Shown here in pieces: positions 53,119 through 64,000 of a stretch of DNA of 64,000 bases. The position numbers and the translations under genes were made by a program. The DNA comes from an uncultured Gemmatimonadales bacterium. Its GTDB lineage: Bacteria > Gemmatimonadota > Gemmatimonadetes > Gemmatimonadales > GWC2-71-9. The notes beneath the pieces were generated by a model. The model was not told the DNA's origin and made no database searches. It worked only from the letters and a program-made list of their open reading frames with translations. The stretch spans positions 1-64,000 of the forward strand of contig CAWJMT010000037.1 in the NCBI GenBank assembly GCA_963844035.1, written 5' to 3'. Each line of letters begins with the position of its first letter. Position 1 is the first letter of the stretch.

Positions 53119-54650
53119 GTGACTGGCCGGAAAAACGGCCGGATCATCATCGTCGGTACCGGTCTCGCCGGCCTGTGGACGGCGTGGCGCCTGGCGCTTG
53201 AAGGGCGTGCGTCGGTGCTGCTCACCAAGGGAACCCTGGCCGACAGCGCCAGCGCCTGGGCGCAGGGAGGCATCGCCGCCGCGCTCGGGCCCGGTGACAG
53301 CCCGGCGCTGCATGCCGCCGACACCCTCGCCGCGGCGGACGGCCTCGCCGATCCGGAGGCGGTGCGGGTGCTGACCACCGAAGGACCGGAGCGCATTCGC
53401 CAGCTCATCACCCTGGGCGCGACGTTCGACCGCGGGCCGGACCGCGCGCTGCGGCTGGGGCTCGAAGGCGCGCACAGCCGGCCGCGCATCCTCCACGCCG
53501 GCGGCGACCGCACCGGGGCCATGCTGGTCGGGTGCATCGCACAGATCGTGGCACGCCATCCGCTGATCGAGATCTACGAGCACACCGAAGTGACGCGCTT
53601 GCTCGTCGCGGGAGACCGCGTCGTCGGGGTCGCCGCCGTACGGCGGGGTGCCTCCCCCTTCACCCTCACGGGCCCAGCGACCGTGCTGGCGACCGGCGGG
53701 GTGGGGCAGTTGTTCGCGGTCACCACCAACCCGCTTCCCGCGACCGGCGACGGCTGGGCATTGGCACACGCCGCGGGCGCCGAGCTGCGGGACCTCGAAT
53801 TCCTTCAGTTCCACCCCACGGCGGTCAAGCTGCCGGGCGTGAATCCCGCGCCCCTCATTTCCGAAGCGGTGCGGGGCGCCGGGGCCTTCCTGGTGGATGA
53901 CGCCGGTCGCCGCTTTGTCCTGGACGTGGACGCCCGCGGTGAGCTTGCCTCGCGCGACGTGGTGGCGCAGGCGGTGGCGGCCCAGGACGAGGCCGGCGGC
54001 GCGTGGCTCGACGCACGCCACATCGCGGATTTCGCGACGCAGTTCCCCGGCGTCACGGCCCTGCTGGCGCGCTACGGCATCGATCCAACCCGCGACCGCA
54101 TCCCGATCACGCCCGCCATGCACTACGCGATGGGCGGAATCCGCACGGACCTGGACGGTCGCACCACGCGTCCGGGGCTCTGGGCGGTGGGGGAGGTCGC
54201 GTGCACCGGCGTGCACGGGGCGAACCGCCTGGCGTCGAACTCGCTGCTCGAGGCGATGGTGTTTGCCGACCGGGCGGCGCGGGCGGTGGCCGCGGAGCGC
54301 GGTCCCGCGCGGCGGTCTTCGCGAACGTTCGCCACCGCCCCGGCCGGCGAGGCGGGGGCGGGCGCGGGGGCGGACGACGATGCGGCGTACGAGACGGTTC
54401 GCGGCACGATGCGGCGCGTCATGAGTCACGACGTGGGCGTGCGGCGGAGCGAGGCGTCGTTGCTGCGGGCCGAACGGGTGCTCGCGCGAGCTGGTCGCGG
54501 CCACGCCCGGTCTCGGCGTGGCGGACCCGGAACCAGCTGCTCGTGGCCGAGCTGATCACGCGCGCGGCCCTCGGCCGGCGCGAGAGCCGCGGCGGCCATG
54601 CGCGCGTGGACTTCCCCGACCACGCGCTGGTGGTGGGTGGACACCGATGA
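53119..54650 (+). CDS. nadB: L-aspartate oxidase (alternative start GTG 53062); frameshifts near 54490-54510
   Basis: GTGLAG, SAWAQGGI, EGAHS, QFHPT, HYAMGG, HGANRLASNSLLE, ESRGGH. Confidence 0.93.
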
Positions 54651-55609
54651 TCATGTCCCCGGAGCGCCTGCACGACCTCGCCAGTGAGGTGCGGGCGTTG
54701 AAGGCCGAGCGCGGCGCGGCGATTCTGGCGCACAACTACCAGCTGCCCGAGATCCAGGACGTGGCCGACGTGGTGGCCGACTCGCTCAAGCTGGCGCGGC
54801 AGGCGAGCGATCTCGATGCCTCGGTGCTCGTGATCTGCGGGGTGCACTTCATGGCCGAGACGGCCGCGATCGCCAATCCCGACAAACTGGTCCTGATCCC
54901 CGATCTCCGCGCCGGCTGCTCGCTCGCCGAGACGATCCGGCCCGAGGACCTGGTGGCGTGGCGTGCGGAGCACCCCGGCGGGCTGATCGTCGCGTACGTG
55001 AACTGCAGTGCGGCGGTGAAGGCCGAGGCCGACTACTGCTGCACGTCCGGCAATGCCGTGGCCATCGTGAAGTCGTTGCCGCCCGGCGTTCCGGTGCTGT
55101 TCGTCCCGGATTTCTTCCTCGGCAGCCACGTACGCCGGGTCACGGGCCGCGACATGGATGTCTGGATGGGGGAGTGCCACGTGCATGCTGCGCTGACCCC
55201 CGACGTGCTGGCGGCCAAGCGGCAGGAGCACCCGGATGCGGAGTTTCTGGTGCACCCGGAGTGCGCCTGCGTGACGAGCGCGATGTACTACGCCGAGGCG
55301 GATGGCGATGTCGCGGCCGGCCGCACCCGCATCGTTTCCACCGAGCAGATGATGCGCCGCGCGCGGGAATCGACGGCGCGGGAATTCGTGATCGCGACGG
55401 AAACAGGGGTGCTGCACCGGCTGCGGCGCGAGAATCCCGAGAAGGCGTTCTTCGCGGCGGCGGAGTCGGCGGAGTGCCGCTACATGAAAATGATCACGCT
55501 CGAGAAGCTGCGCGACTCGCTGCGCGACCTGAAGTACGAGGTCACGGTGCCCAAGGAGACGGCGGCGCGGGCGCGCCGTGCCATCGATCGGATGCTCGCC
55601 ATTGGCTGA
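54647..55609 (+). CDS. nadA: Quinolinate synthase
   Basis: ILAHNYQ, CGVHFMAE, AGCSLA, YVNC, CHVH, VHPEC, CRYMK. Confidence 0.96.
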   Translation: MIMSPERLHDLASEVRALKAERGAAILAHNYQLPEIQDVADVVADSLKLARQASDLDASVLVICGVHFMAETAAIANPDKLVLIPDLRAGCSLAETIRPEDLVAWRAEHPGGLIVAYVNCSAAVKAEADYCCTSGNAVAIVKSLPPGVPVLFVPDFFLGSHVRRVTGRDMDVWMGECHVHAALTPDVLAAKRQEHPDAEFLVHPECACVTSAMYYAEADGDVAAGRTRIVSTEQMMRRARESTAREFVIATETGVLHRLRRENPEKAFFAAAESAECRYMKMITLEKLRDSLRDLKYEVTVPKETAARARRAIDRMLAIG

Positions 55610-56445
55610 AGCGCTGGGCGCGGAGGAAGTACGGCGCGCCCTCGCTGAAGATCGGGCCGACGACGACGTCACGACCCGCCTGCTCGGTGCCCGCGCAGAG
55701 AGCGCAGCGGTCGGGCGGTTCATCGCCGAAGGGCGCTTCGTGGTTGCCGGGCTTCCGATCGCCGCTCGCGTCTTTCAACAGCTCGAGCCCCTGGCCCGCG
55801 TCGATCCCGCCGTGCCGGAAGGGGCCTGGAGCGTGCCGGGTGAGACGATTGCCACGGTGCACGCCAGCGCCCGGACGCACCTCGCGGGCGAGCGCGTCGC
55901 GCTCAACTTCCTGCAACATCTCTGTGGAGTGGCGACGCTGACGCGTCGGGCGGTGGATGCGGTCGCGGGCACGGGTGCCCGGATCACGCACACCCGCAAG
56001 ACCACGCCGGGCCTGCGCGCCCTCGAGCTATACGCCGTCCGGGTGGGCGGCGGAGTGGAGAACCGGGTCAGCCTCGCCGACGCGATTCTCTGGAAGGACA
56101 ATCACTGGGCCATGGTGGCGGCCGGCGAGCGGTCGCTGGCGGAGGCGCTGAACAATGCGCCCGACGGTGTGCCGGCTGATCGTCGAGGTGGAGACCGAGG
56201 CGCAGCTCGAGCAGGCACTCGCGGCCGGCGTCCGGCACATTCTCGCCGACAACCAGCCGCCCGAGCGCATCGCGGACTGGGTCCGGCGAGCGGGGCCCGG
56301 CGTCACCATTCAAGCCTCGGGCGGCATCACGGCCGAGACCGCCCGCGCCTACGGGGAAGCGGGGGCGGGGCTGATTTCGATCGGCGCGCTCACCCACTCA
56401 GCGCCCGCGGCCCCGATCCGCTACGAGATCGCGCTGGTGGCCTGA
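55602..56445 (+). CDS. nadC: Quinolinate phosphoribosyltransferase; frameshift near 56170
   Basis: ERVALNFLQ, TRKTTPGLR, KDNH, EVEVE, ASGGI, ISIGALTHSA. Confidence 0.94.
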
Positions 56446-56883
56446 GCGAGAGCCGGCTCGACCGCGACCTGGACCTTGATGCCGTGTCGCACGCTCTCGG
56501 TCACGATGCAAAAGTCCTCGAACAGCTCGAGGCACCGCCCCATCCGTTCCCGCTGTTCGGGCTCCATGTCCGGCGCCATCGTCACCTGGATCTCGCCGAT
56601 ACGCAGGCGGCCCCGCTCGTTGCGCTCGAGGCTGACGTCCACCGCGATGCGCAGCCCGTGAATTTCAATTCGCGACCGGCGCAGGCAGAAGAGCAGGCTG
56701 GCGCCGAGGCAGTTCCCGACCGCCGCAGCGAGCAGGCGGGCCGGATTCGGGCCGCGGCCCATCCCCGAGTGGTGGAGACTCATCCACCTCGAGGTCGGGC
56801 ACGCCGTCCTGCCCGAAATCCACCGTGAAGGCGTAGTCGTGCTGGAGAGTCAGTGTGAGCGCAAATCGACTGTCGTGCGTCAT
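56421..56883 (-). CDS. OsmC family protein; frameshift near 56760
   Basis: DESPPLG..GPNPARLLAAAVGNCL and FCIVTES. Confidence 0.88.
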
Positions 56884-57095
56884 AAGCCCATTCCCCGTGA
56901 AAGCCGCAGCGGCGCGTCAGTGCGGCCGCCGTTTCAAGAGAACAGTGAGCACGTGGGAGAGTCTTGAAGCGGGATTGAGACTCGCTTCATCCAGCTCCGC
57001 CCGAGCCCAATGAAGATTTCTTCAGCGTTATCCTTACGCGGCCGCACCGGTCGTGGGGACACCTTGAACTAAGGAATTAAAGGAGGGAGGAATCC

Positions 57096-57530
57096 GTGAA
57101 GCAGACAACCCGGTACGGCTTCGCGACGACCGTCGCGCTGCCTTACGCACAAGCCCTGCAACGCACCCGCGAGGAACTGGCGAAGGAGGGCTTCGGCGTG
57201 CTGACTGAGATCGATGTCGCGGCGACATTGAAGAAGAAGCTGGATGTGGCATTCCGGCCGTACACGATTCTGGGAGCGTGCAATCCGCCGTTGGCCCACA
57301 AGGCGCTCACGCTGGAGCGCGACATTGGGCTACTGCTCCCCTGTAATGTGGTGGTCTATGCGGCCGACGATCCCGCCCAAAGCGTAGTCGCCGCGATGGA
57401 CCCCATCGCTGCTCTCGAGCTGACCGGAAACCCACAGGTGCGGGCGGTCGCCGAGGAGGTGCGAGCGCGGCTGGAGCGCGTCTTGGCTGCACTCGAATGT
57501 GGGCTGGTGCCGGCGGGCTCGGGGACCTGA
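57096..57530 (+). CDS. DUF302 domain protein
   Basis: EGFGVLTEID, ILGACNP, LLLPCNVVV; strong RBS. Confidence 0.92.
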   Translation: MKQTTRYGFATTVALPYAQALQRTREELAKEGFGVLTEIDVAATLKKKLDVAFRPYTILGACNPPLAHKALTLERDIGLLLPCNVVVYAADDPAQSVVAAMDPIAALELTGNPQVRAVAEEVRARLERVLAALECGLVPAGSGT

Positions 57531-57562
57531 CCGGCGATCGATGGCGGACGTTCGGTAAACAA

Positions 57563-57589
57563 AGAACCCCGGCGTGGTGCCGGGGTTCT
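57563..57589. terminator. Terminator hairpin between convergent genes
   Basis: AGAACCCCGGC-gtggt-GCCGGGGTTCT with an A-rich 5' flank. Confidence 0.75.
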
Positions 57590-57614
57590 AGGGGAGTCCG
57601 CGCCTTCCGTTGCG

Positions 57615-58028
57615 CTACGCTTTCTGCACCCGGAAGTTCACCGTGCCGCTGTAGTTCGTCAGTACGAGTCGGATTGTCCAGTTCCCGGTTGCCCCTACGC
57701 TCGTTTGCGTGCTGCCGCCCACGCTGAGGGATTGCGAGTACACCTGGATGCCGTTGGCATCGAGGATGGTGAGCACCGCCGTCCCGGCGGTGATCGTCGT
57801 GGACTGATCCGCGCTCGCCCTCGTCCCAGAGTTCGCCCACGTGTAGGTGTACGTACCGGTGGCGTTCGTGACGTCGGTCGCCTGAAACTGAAAATTGTCC
57901 GGCGCGTTGTTGATCTGCGGCTGGAACGCCGCTAGCGAGGTCGTGCTGTCCCCGCAGGCGACCAGCAGTGCGATCGCGGTCAGAGCAACGAGCCGGGCCA
58001 CCGATTTCGAGCGGTCCAAGGCGAACAT
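57615..58028 (-). CDS. Hypothetical Thr-rich beta-sandwich lipoprotein
   Basis: Lipobox LVAC; AGGAG RBS. Confidence 0.75.
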   Translation of the reverse strand: MFALDRSKSVARLVALTAIALLVACGDSTTSLAAFQPQINNAPDNFQFQATDVTNATGTYTYTWANSGTRASADQSTTITAGTAVLTILDANGIQVYSQSLSVGGSTQTSVGATGNWTIRLVLTNYSGTVNFRVQKA

Positions 58029-58184
58029 TGTAGAAGCTCCTGAGAAGAGAGTTGCGCCGGTGCAAACGACGACCCCAATATTCGTTTGCAATGCACGTAA
58101 TGCGGTGACAACCCTCACTCGTCGAGCCGTTCATGCTGTGTCGTTCCAGTGCGTCCAAACTGCACACTACGGGTCGCACACCTT

Positions 58185-58241
58185 CATCTTCATGAAGATG
58201 CCGACTTCATGAAGATGCCCGACTTCATGAAGACGCCCGAC
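58185..58241. repeat. Three tandem 17-18-bp units, each containing the palindrome CTTCATGAAG
   Basis: Palindromes at 58188, 58205 and 58223, with spacers ATGCCGA, ATGCCCGA and ACGCCCGA. Confidence 0.9.
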
Positions 58242-58251
58242 GTTCCGGATC

Positions 58252-59554
58252 TCATTTTAGATTTCTCAGGTCGGTCGACGGTGTAGGACGGACTGCCTTG
58301 GTCGTGCGCTCCACCGCCAGCCGCTTCTCGTAGTCGTCCACGTTCGGCGGCGCGTACGCCGGCCCGCGGAGCGCCATTCACGCTCTCGTGCAGCTGCTCG
58401 GCGGTCACTCGGAACGGATCCCGGACGCCGTACTGTCCCAGCCCCCCATCGATATCCCGAATCCTCCGCCCGCCCAACAGTCCGTAATACCACTTGTAGG
58501 AGTCGTGCAGGGTGACCTCTCCCGGAACGGCCGCCGCCAATGCGCGTGTGTCCAGCTCGAGCCGGCAATACCTGGTCACGCGGTTCACCATCCAGCGGAG
58601 CGTCAGGTTCGCGAGATCGCGCTCGGCGAACGCGTAGCCGCCGCCCACATCGGAGTGCACGCCGGCGAACCACGCCTGCTCGAGATGCTGTCCCGCGGCC
58701 AGCGCTCCGGGCTGCTGCTCCCAGAGGGTCGGGATGAAGGGCCGGCGCCGCTCGTCCACCGCGACGGCGTGAAAGGCGCGGTCCACGCGGCTGCTCAGCG
58801 TCACATCGTGGAAGCCGAAGCGGTGCTGGGTCAGTCGGCCCAGCAGGCCGACGGGGATGCCGAGTGCCCCGACCGTGTCCCACACGCCGATGCAGGTGAT
58901 GCGAAAGTCAGGGTGCGAATGGCGGGTGCGAAAATCCACGGCGGGCAGAGCGGCGGGAGCGCTCGCGGCGCTGCGTTTGCGGTATAGCCGATACGCCTCG
59001 GCGATCACCGCGTCGAGATCCGCGCCGGAGTGCTTGTTGCGATCGATGATGCCGCTGTTGCGCACCAGGCCCGCGAGGTAGCGGACGGTGTACGCCCCGC
59101 GGCTGAATCCGAACAGGTAGACCGCGTCGCCGGGCGTGTAGCACTGGACGAGTATCCGGTAGCAATCGACGATGTTGCGCTCCAGGCCGACCCCGGCGAT
59201 GCCGCCGAGCATCCGGTCGACAAAGCCGCCGGTCCCGACACCGGGATGGTAGTACGCGACCTGGGGGGTGCCGTCCCCGGCGAGCGGCGGGACGAACTGG
59301 TGCAGCAGCCAGACGTTCGACGGCGCCGCTCTGCCGTGCTCGATCGTGCTGGGCTTGTTCCACGTGCCGTCGGCGGAGATGACGATCCGCTTCCGCTGGT
59401 CCCGGACCGCGTTCGGATCCTGGTTCAGCTTCTCCGCCGGGTCGCGGCCGATGCCCCCTGGGTCCGGCGGGATGAGCCTGAGCGGCTGGCCCGACGGTGG
59501 TCCGGGGGGCGCCAGGGGCTCGAAGGTCGCAAGCAGGCGCGTCGTGTCGCTCAC
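58252..59554 (-). CDS. DUF2235 (Tle1-like alpha/beta hydrolase); frameshift near 58365
   Basis: DGTWN, GFSRGA, IGVWDTV, WFAGVHSDVGGG; GGAGG RBS. Confidence 0.9.
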
Positions 59555-59684
59555 GAATATTTTCCTCCACGGGTGCCGCAAGATTCTTGCGGCCCTCTGC
59601 TACCGCAAGTGGGCCGAACCCTTAGTCCCGCTCATGCACCCAGGGTGGAGTCCCCGTCGCGGCGACGGCCTGTATGTTATGGCG

Positions 59685-62322
59685 ATGGCCGACGCTCCAG
59701 ATCTCATCTTCCGTCGCATCGCGCACGCCCTCGCCGACCGCTACCGGCTGGAGCGAGAGCTGGGAGCGGGAGGGATGGCCACCGTCTACCTGGCGCACGA
59801 CCTGAAGCACGGGCGCCAGCTCGCGATCAAGGTGCTCCGCCCCGAGATCGCCGCGTCGATCGGCGCAGATCGCTTCTTGCGCGAGATCCACGTCGTCGCC
59901 CAGCTCCAGCATCCCCACATTCTGACGCTGATCGACTCCGGCGAGGCCGACGGCCTGCTGTATCTACGTGATGCCATACGTGGACGGCGAATCGCTCCGG
60001 TCCAGGCTCAGCCGCGGAGGCGGGCGTTGCCGGTGCCCGACGCCGTCCAGGTGCTGCGCGACATGGCCGACGCGCTCGCTTACGCGCACGCGCACGGCGT
60101 GGTGCACCGCGACGTGAAGCCGGAAAACGTGATGCTCACCGGCCGCCACGCGCTGGTGATGGACTTCGGCATCGCGAAGGCGGTGAGCGAGACGACGTTC
60201 GCGAGTCGCTGACGACGGCGGGCCTGGCGGTCGGGACACCCGCGTACATGGCACCCGAGCAGGTGGCCGCGGACGCGAGCGCTGGACCACCGGGCCGATC
60301 TGTACGCGCTGGGCGTGGTGGGTACGAGATGCTGACGGGACGCACGCCGTTCGCCGGCATGTCGCCGCAGGCGATGCTCGCCGCCCACGCGACCCGGCCG
60401 CCGGAGCCCGTCGCCGGCACGCGGCCGAACGCGCCGGCGAGTCTGAGCACCCTCATCATGCGCTGTCTCGAGAAGGATCCGGCCGACCGGTACCAGAGCG
60501 CCGGCAAGGTGCTGCGAGGCGCTCGAGCGGTTGGCGGTGGCGGGGACTGACGCGGCGCCGCGGTCGCACGTCTCGAGTGGGCGGCGGGGTTGGGGGCGCT
60601 GGCGTGCTCGCGGTCGCTTCTCGTGGTCCTCGTCATCCGCAGCCGGGGGCGCGGGAGCCGCGAGCGCCTGCGCACCTCGTGCAGGCGACGTTCCGCCAGG
60701 GCGTGCAGCAATCGCCTGCCTGGTCGCCCGACGGCACGCAGCTCGCGTTCAGCGGTGACTCGGGAGCGGTGCGAAAGATCTTTCTCACGCACCCGGACGG
60801 GGAGGTGACCCTGTTGAGCGGCGGAGCGTACGATGAGCTACAGCCCACCTGGTCACCCGACGGACGAACCGTCCTCTTTGTGCGGGCCCAGCGCCCGGGC
60901 GTGCGGCTCGAGCCCGGCGACGTGTTCGGCGAATACGAGGGCGGCGATATCTGGGCGGCGGACGTGCGCACCGGGGACGCCACCAAGCTGATCGGGAACG
61001 CGTTCAATCCTGCTTACTCCCCACGCGGCGATCGCATCGCGTTCGACGCCCGCTGGGCGGAGGCGCGCCGTATTTGGGTGGCTGATCGCGAGGGACACAA
61101 TCCCGAGCAGCTGAGCGTCGACAGCTCCGAGGCCGTGACGCACATCCGGCCGCGCTGGTCGCCCGACGGCGCGCACCTCGTGTTCCAGAACATCGAGCGG
61201 ACCAATTTCAGTATTCGCGTCGTCAGCGTGGCGTCGCGCACGACCAGGGCGGTGACGAACGCGCTGTTTCAGGACCTGAATCCCGTGTGGGCGCCGAACG
61301 GCCGCGCCATCTATTTCTCTTCGGTGCGGAGCGGCGGCCTGAACCTGTGGCGCATTCCCGTCAGCCCCGATGGAACGCCATCGGGCGCTCCGGAGCAGGT
61401 CACGAGCGGAGGCGGACAGGACGTGGACGCCGCGATCGCCCCCGATGGCAACCGGGTTGCCTTCGCGATCCTGCGGCAGAACGCCGACATCTGGCGGCTC
61501 CCGGTGGCGCCCGAGACGGGAGTGCCGACGGGCCCGCCGCAAGCGCTCATCGCCACGACACGGGAAGACAGCCGCGGCGCCTGGTCTCCGGATTTCCGCA
61601 GGATCGCGTTCAACTCGGATCGCAGCGGCCAGATGAACCTCTGGGTGTACTCGCTCACCGACGGCTCCACCCGCCAGCTCACCCAGGGCCCGGGCGGCGA
61701 TTTCCAGCCCACCTGGTCCCCCGATGGCACGCGCATCGCGTTCTTCTCCTCCCGGGCGGGGAGCGTGGACATCTGGACGGTGGCGGTCGCGAGCGGCGCA
61801 CTGACGCGGCTCACCAGCACGTCCTCGATCGACGTCAACCCGTTTTTCTCCCCCGACGGAAAGCAGATCGCCTATCAATCGGACCACGGCGGGCGCCTCG
61901 AGGTCTGGGTCATGAACGCCGATGGCAGCGCGGCGCGGCAGCTCACCCGCTCCGGGGTGTCCGGCCATTTCATGCGCTGGACAGCCGACGGGCGCGCGGT
62001 GGTGTTCCGCTGTCCGTGCGGCACCACGCCGCAAGTGATGCGGGTGCCCCTGGACGGCGGCCCTCCCGAGCCGGTCGGGAACGTGGCCGGCGGCGCGCAC
62101 ATCTCGTTCGCCCCAGGTCACGGACGCATCATGGATGTGGTGGGGCACAAGACGCTGTGGGTTTCACCCCTGGCGGGCGGGAAGCCGGTGCCGAGGTTCG
62201 CGTTCGACGATCCCGATGTCCGGATCGACTACCCGACGTGGTCCCCGGACGGGCACTGGGTGCTGTTTGACCACTTTCGCCCGCAGGGTGCCGACATCTG
62301 GGTGATTGAGGACATCAAGTGA
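59685..62322 (+). CDS. Ser/Thr protein kinase with TM segment and C-terminal TolB-like PD40 beta-propeller; several frameshifts between 59965 and 60620
   Basis: LGAGGMATV, AIKVL, HRDVKPEN, DFG, GTPAYMAPE, and many WSPDG repeats. Confidence 0.9.
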
Positions 62323-62390
62323 AACCGGACGGGAACCCGCGCCCGGTGCCGCGGCGTATAAGAGGAGCCCTACACTCCGGAGAACGCTCC

Positions 62391-62998
62391 ATGCTGGGAA
62401 TTCTGGCAGCCCCGCTCATTCTGGCCGCGACCGTGACATTTGCGGCACCGCCGCAGGCGACCGCGGTGTTCGCGGGCGGCTGCTTTTGGGGGATTGAAGG
62501 CGTGTTCGAACACGTGAAGGGCGTGACGTCGGCGGTTTCCGGCTACGCGGGCGGCTCGGTGGTCTCACCCACCTACGAGCAGGTGGGCACCGGAAAGACG
62601 GGGCACGCGGAGTCGGTGCGCGTGACCTACGATCCTGCGCAGGTCAGTTACGAGCAGCTGCTGGAGGTGTTCTTCACGGTGGCCCACAATCCGACGCAGG
62701 TCGGCGGGCAGGGCCCCGATCGCGGGACGCAATACCGTTCCGTCGTCTTCTACGCCGACACGGTGCAGCGCCGCGCGGTCGAGGCGTACGTGGCCGAGTT
62801 GACGAAAAAGAAAGTGTTCGCCAAGCCGATCGTCACGGAGATCGTGCCGCTCACCGCGTTCTATCCGGCGGAGGGCTATCACCAGAACTACATGGCGCTA
62901 CACCCGCAGGCGCCATACATCGTGTACCACGACGCCCCGAAAGTGGCGAACCTGCAGCGTCAGTTCCCGGCACTGTACCGGAGCCGGTCGCGAACTAA
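62391..62998 (+). CDS. msrA: Peptide-methionine (S)-S-oxide reductase, exported; stop approximate
   Basis: FAGGCFWG, GHAE, QYRS, AEGYHQNY. Confidence 0.92.
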
Positions 62999-63000
62999 GG

Positions 63001-63588
63001 CTACTTCTTCTTCGTCGTCGTCTTCGACTTGGAAGTGCTCTTCTTGGCCGGTGCCGCGGTCTTCTTCGTCGCGGCGGCCGGGGGCGACATCGAACGGCTT
63101 GAGTTCCAGATCATGTCCGCGACCTGCCACTGACCGTTCACGTGGTGCCAGTGAATCAGATATTTGCCCTCGTCATGCACGCTGGCCGGCGTGCCCTTCG
63201 GTGCACCGGGTATGGCCTTTCCCTCGAACGTGTAGGTTCCCCGCTCGACGCCCAGCGGGCCGCTGGCCATATAACTCTCGCCCCGCAGCGTCAGCTTCGC
63301 CGTCATCATGGCCCCGTGCTGGCTTTCGTACACTTTGATCGCCGGACGGCCGATGACCGCGGGTTGGTTGGGTGGCATCTCGCGCCCTTGCTCAGTGAAG
63401 ATGCTCGCGATCGAGTCCGCATGACCGGCCACGAGCCATCCCTGGAAGCGCTTCATGGTCGCCGACGCCGCCGCAGTGAATGCCTCCGTCTCCTTTTCCA
63501 TCCGCGCCTGTGCCTGCTTCGGACTCTCGTGCGAGCTACACGCGACCAGCAGCGCGGCAGCCCCGCATAGCCACTGTGTTTTGAGCAT
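63001..63588 (-). CDS. DUF4440/NTF2-like lipoprotein with a Lys/Thr-rich tail
   Basis: Lipobox LVAC; MPPNQPAVIGR, DEGKYLIHW, DMIWNS. Confidence 0.8.
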   Translation of the reverse strand: MLKTQWLCGAAALLVACSSHESPKQAQARMEKETEAFTAAASATMKRFQGWLVAGHADSIASIFTEQGREMPPNQPAVIGRPAIKVYESQHGAMMTAKLTLRGESYMASGPLGVERGTYTFEGKAIPGAPKGTPASVHDEGKYLIHWHHVNGQWQVADMIWNSSRSMSPPAAATKKTAAPAKKSTSKSKTTTKKK

Positions 63589-63662
63589 TGGGCCTCCCAT
63601 GGGATGGTGTCTCGGTGGGCAGAACCTACCGGTCCGCACCGAGAGCGCCAAGGGCCGACAGT

Positions 63663-64000
63663 TCACATCCGAATCACGTAACTCACCTTCACGAACAGGC
63701 CGTCCTGCAGCCGGCGGACGCCGCGGAACGCGAACGCGTCCGTTTCGGCGAGGCTGGTCCCATACCCGGCGTACACCACCGTGCCGGGTGAGGGCGTAAA
63801 GCTCACCAGCCAATCGATCTGCAGGGTGTTGGTGGCCTGCGCGGCGGCGCGCACATAGCGGTTGGTGGCAGGGTCGTGAATCAGGATGGGATCGTTGGTG
63901 CGCGAATCGTCGCGCAGCGAGTCCTGCCAGTGGGAGGCGTATTCGCCGACGACCCGCACGAACAGCGACCGCGCCGCCTGGTACTCCACCTTCACCCGGG
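63663..64000 (-). CDS. C-terminus of a DUF5916-like outer-membrane protein (5' part outside window)
   Basis: SFTPSPGTVVYAGY...LFVKVSYVIRM*. Confidence 0.65.
   Translation of the reverse strand, partial: RVKVEYQAARSLFVRVVGEYASHWQDSLRDDSRTNDPILIHDPATNRYVRAAAQATNTLQIDWLVSFTPSPGTVVYAGYGTSLAETDAFAFRGVRRLQDGLFVKVSYVIRM

Noticed and set aside
58185..58241. CRISPR array
   Set aside because: Units are only 17-18 bp with near-identical spacers, and there are no cas genes.

Overview
GC-rich, gene-dense bacterial chromosomal segment. The gene content (Uma2 paralogs, kinase-PD40 fusion, DUF5916-like and TIGR03545/6 genes, many leaderless-type promoters) suggests Gemmatimonadota, which is an inference. 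More than 20 genes are split by single-base frameshifts, including NAD biosynthesis genes, so most breaks are probably long-read indel errors and I merged them. Recognisable housekeeping genes are groES-groEL, nadB-nadA-nadC, msrA and a TesA/YbbA/YbbP-like cluster. No rRNA, tRNA, CRISPR array, integrase or transposase was seen. The most interesting signals are: (1) a DUF559 endonuclease gene bracketed by 45-bp inverted palindromic repeats, with a covarying solo copy 18 kb away (candidate nuclease-associated REP-like system); (2) a structured 5' leader before nadB-nadA-nadC (candidate NAD-pathway riboswitch); (3) a circularly permuted ATP-grasp ligase and an M32 carboxypeptidase divergently sharing one symmetric -10 box; (4) two unexplained short-repeat arrays upstream of secreted-protein genes; (5) an HFS-tailed lipoprotein next to an internally duplicated TPR protein; (6) several gene remnants and partial duplications. 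Family assignments come from motif recognition only; no searches were run.
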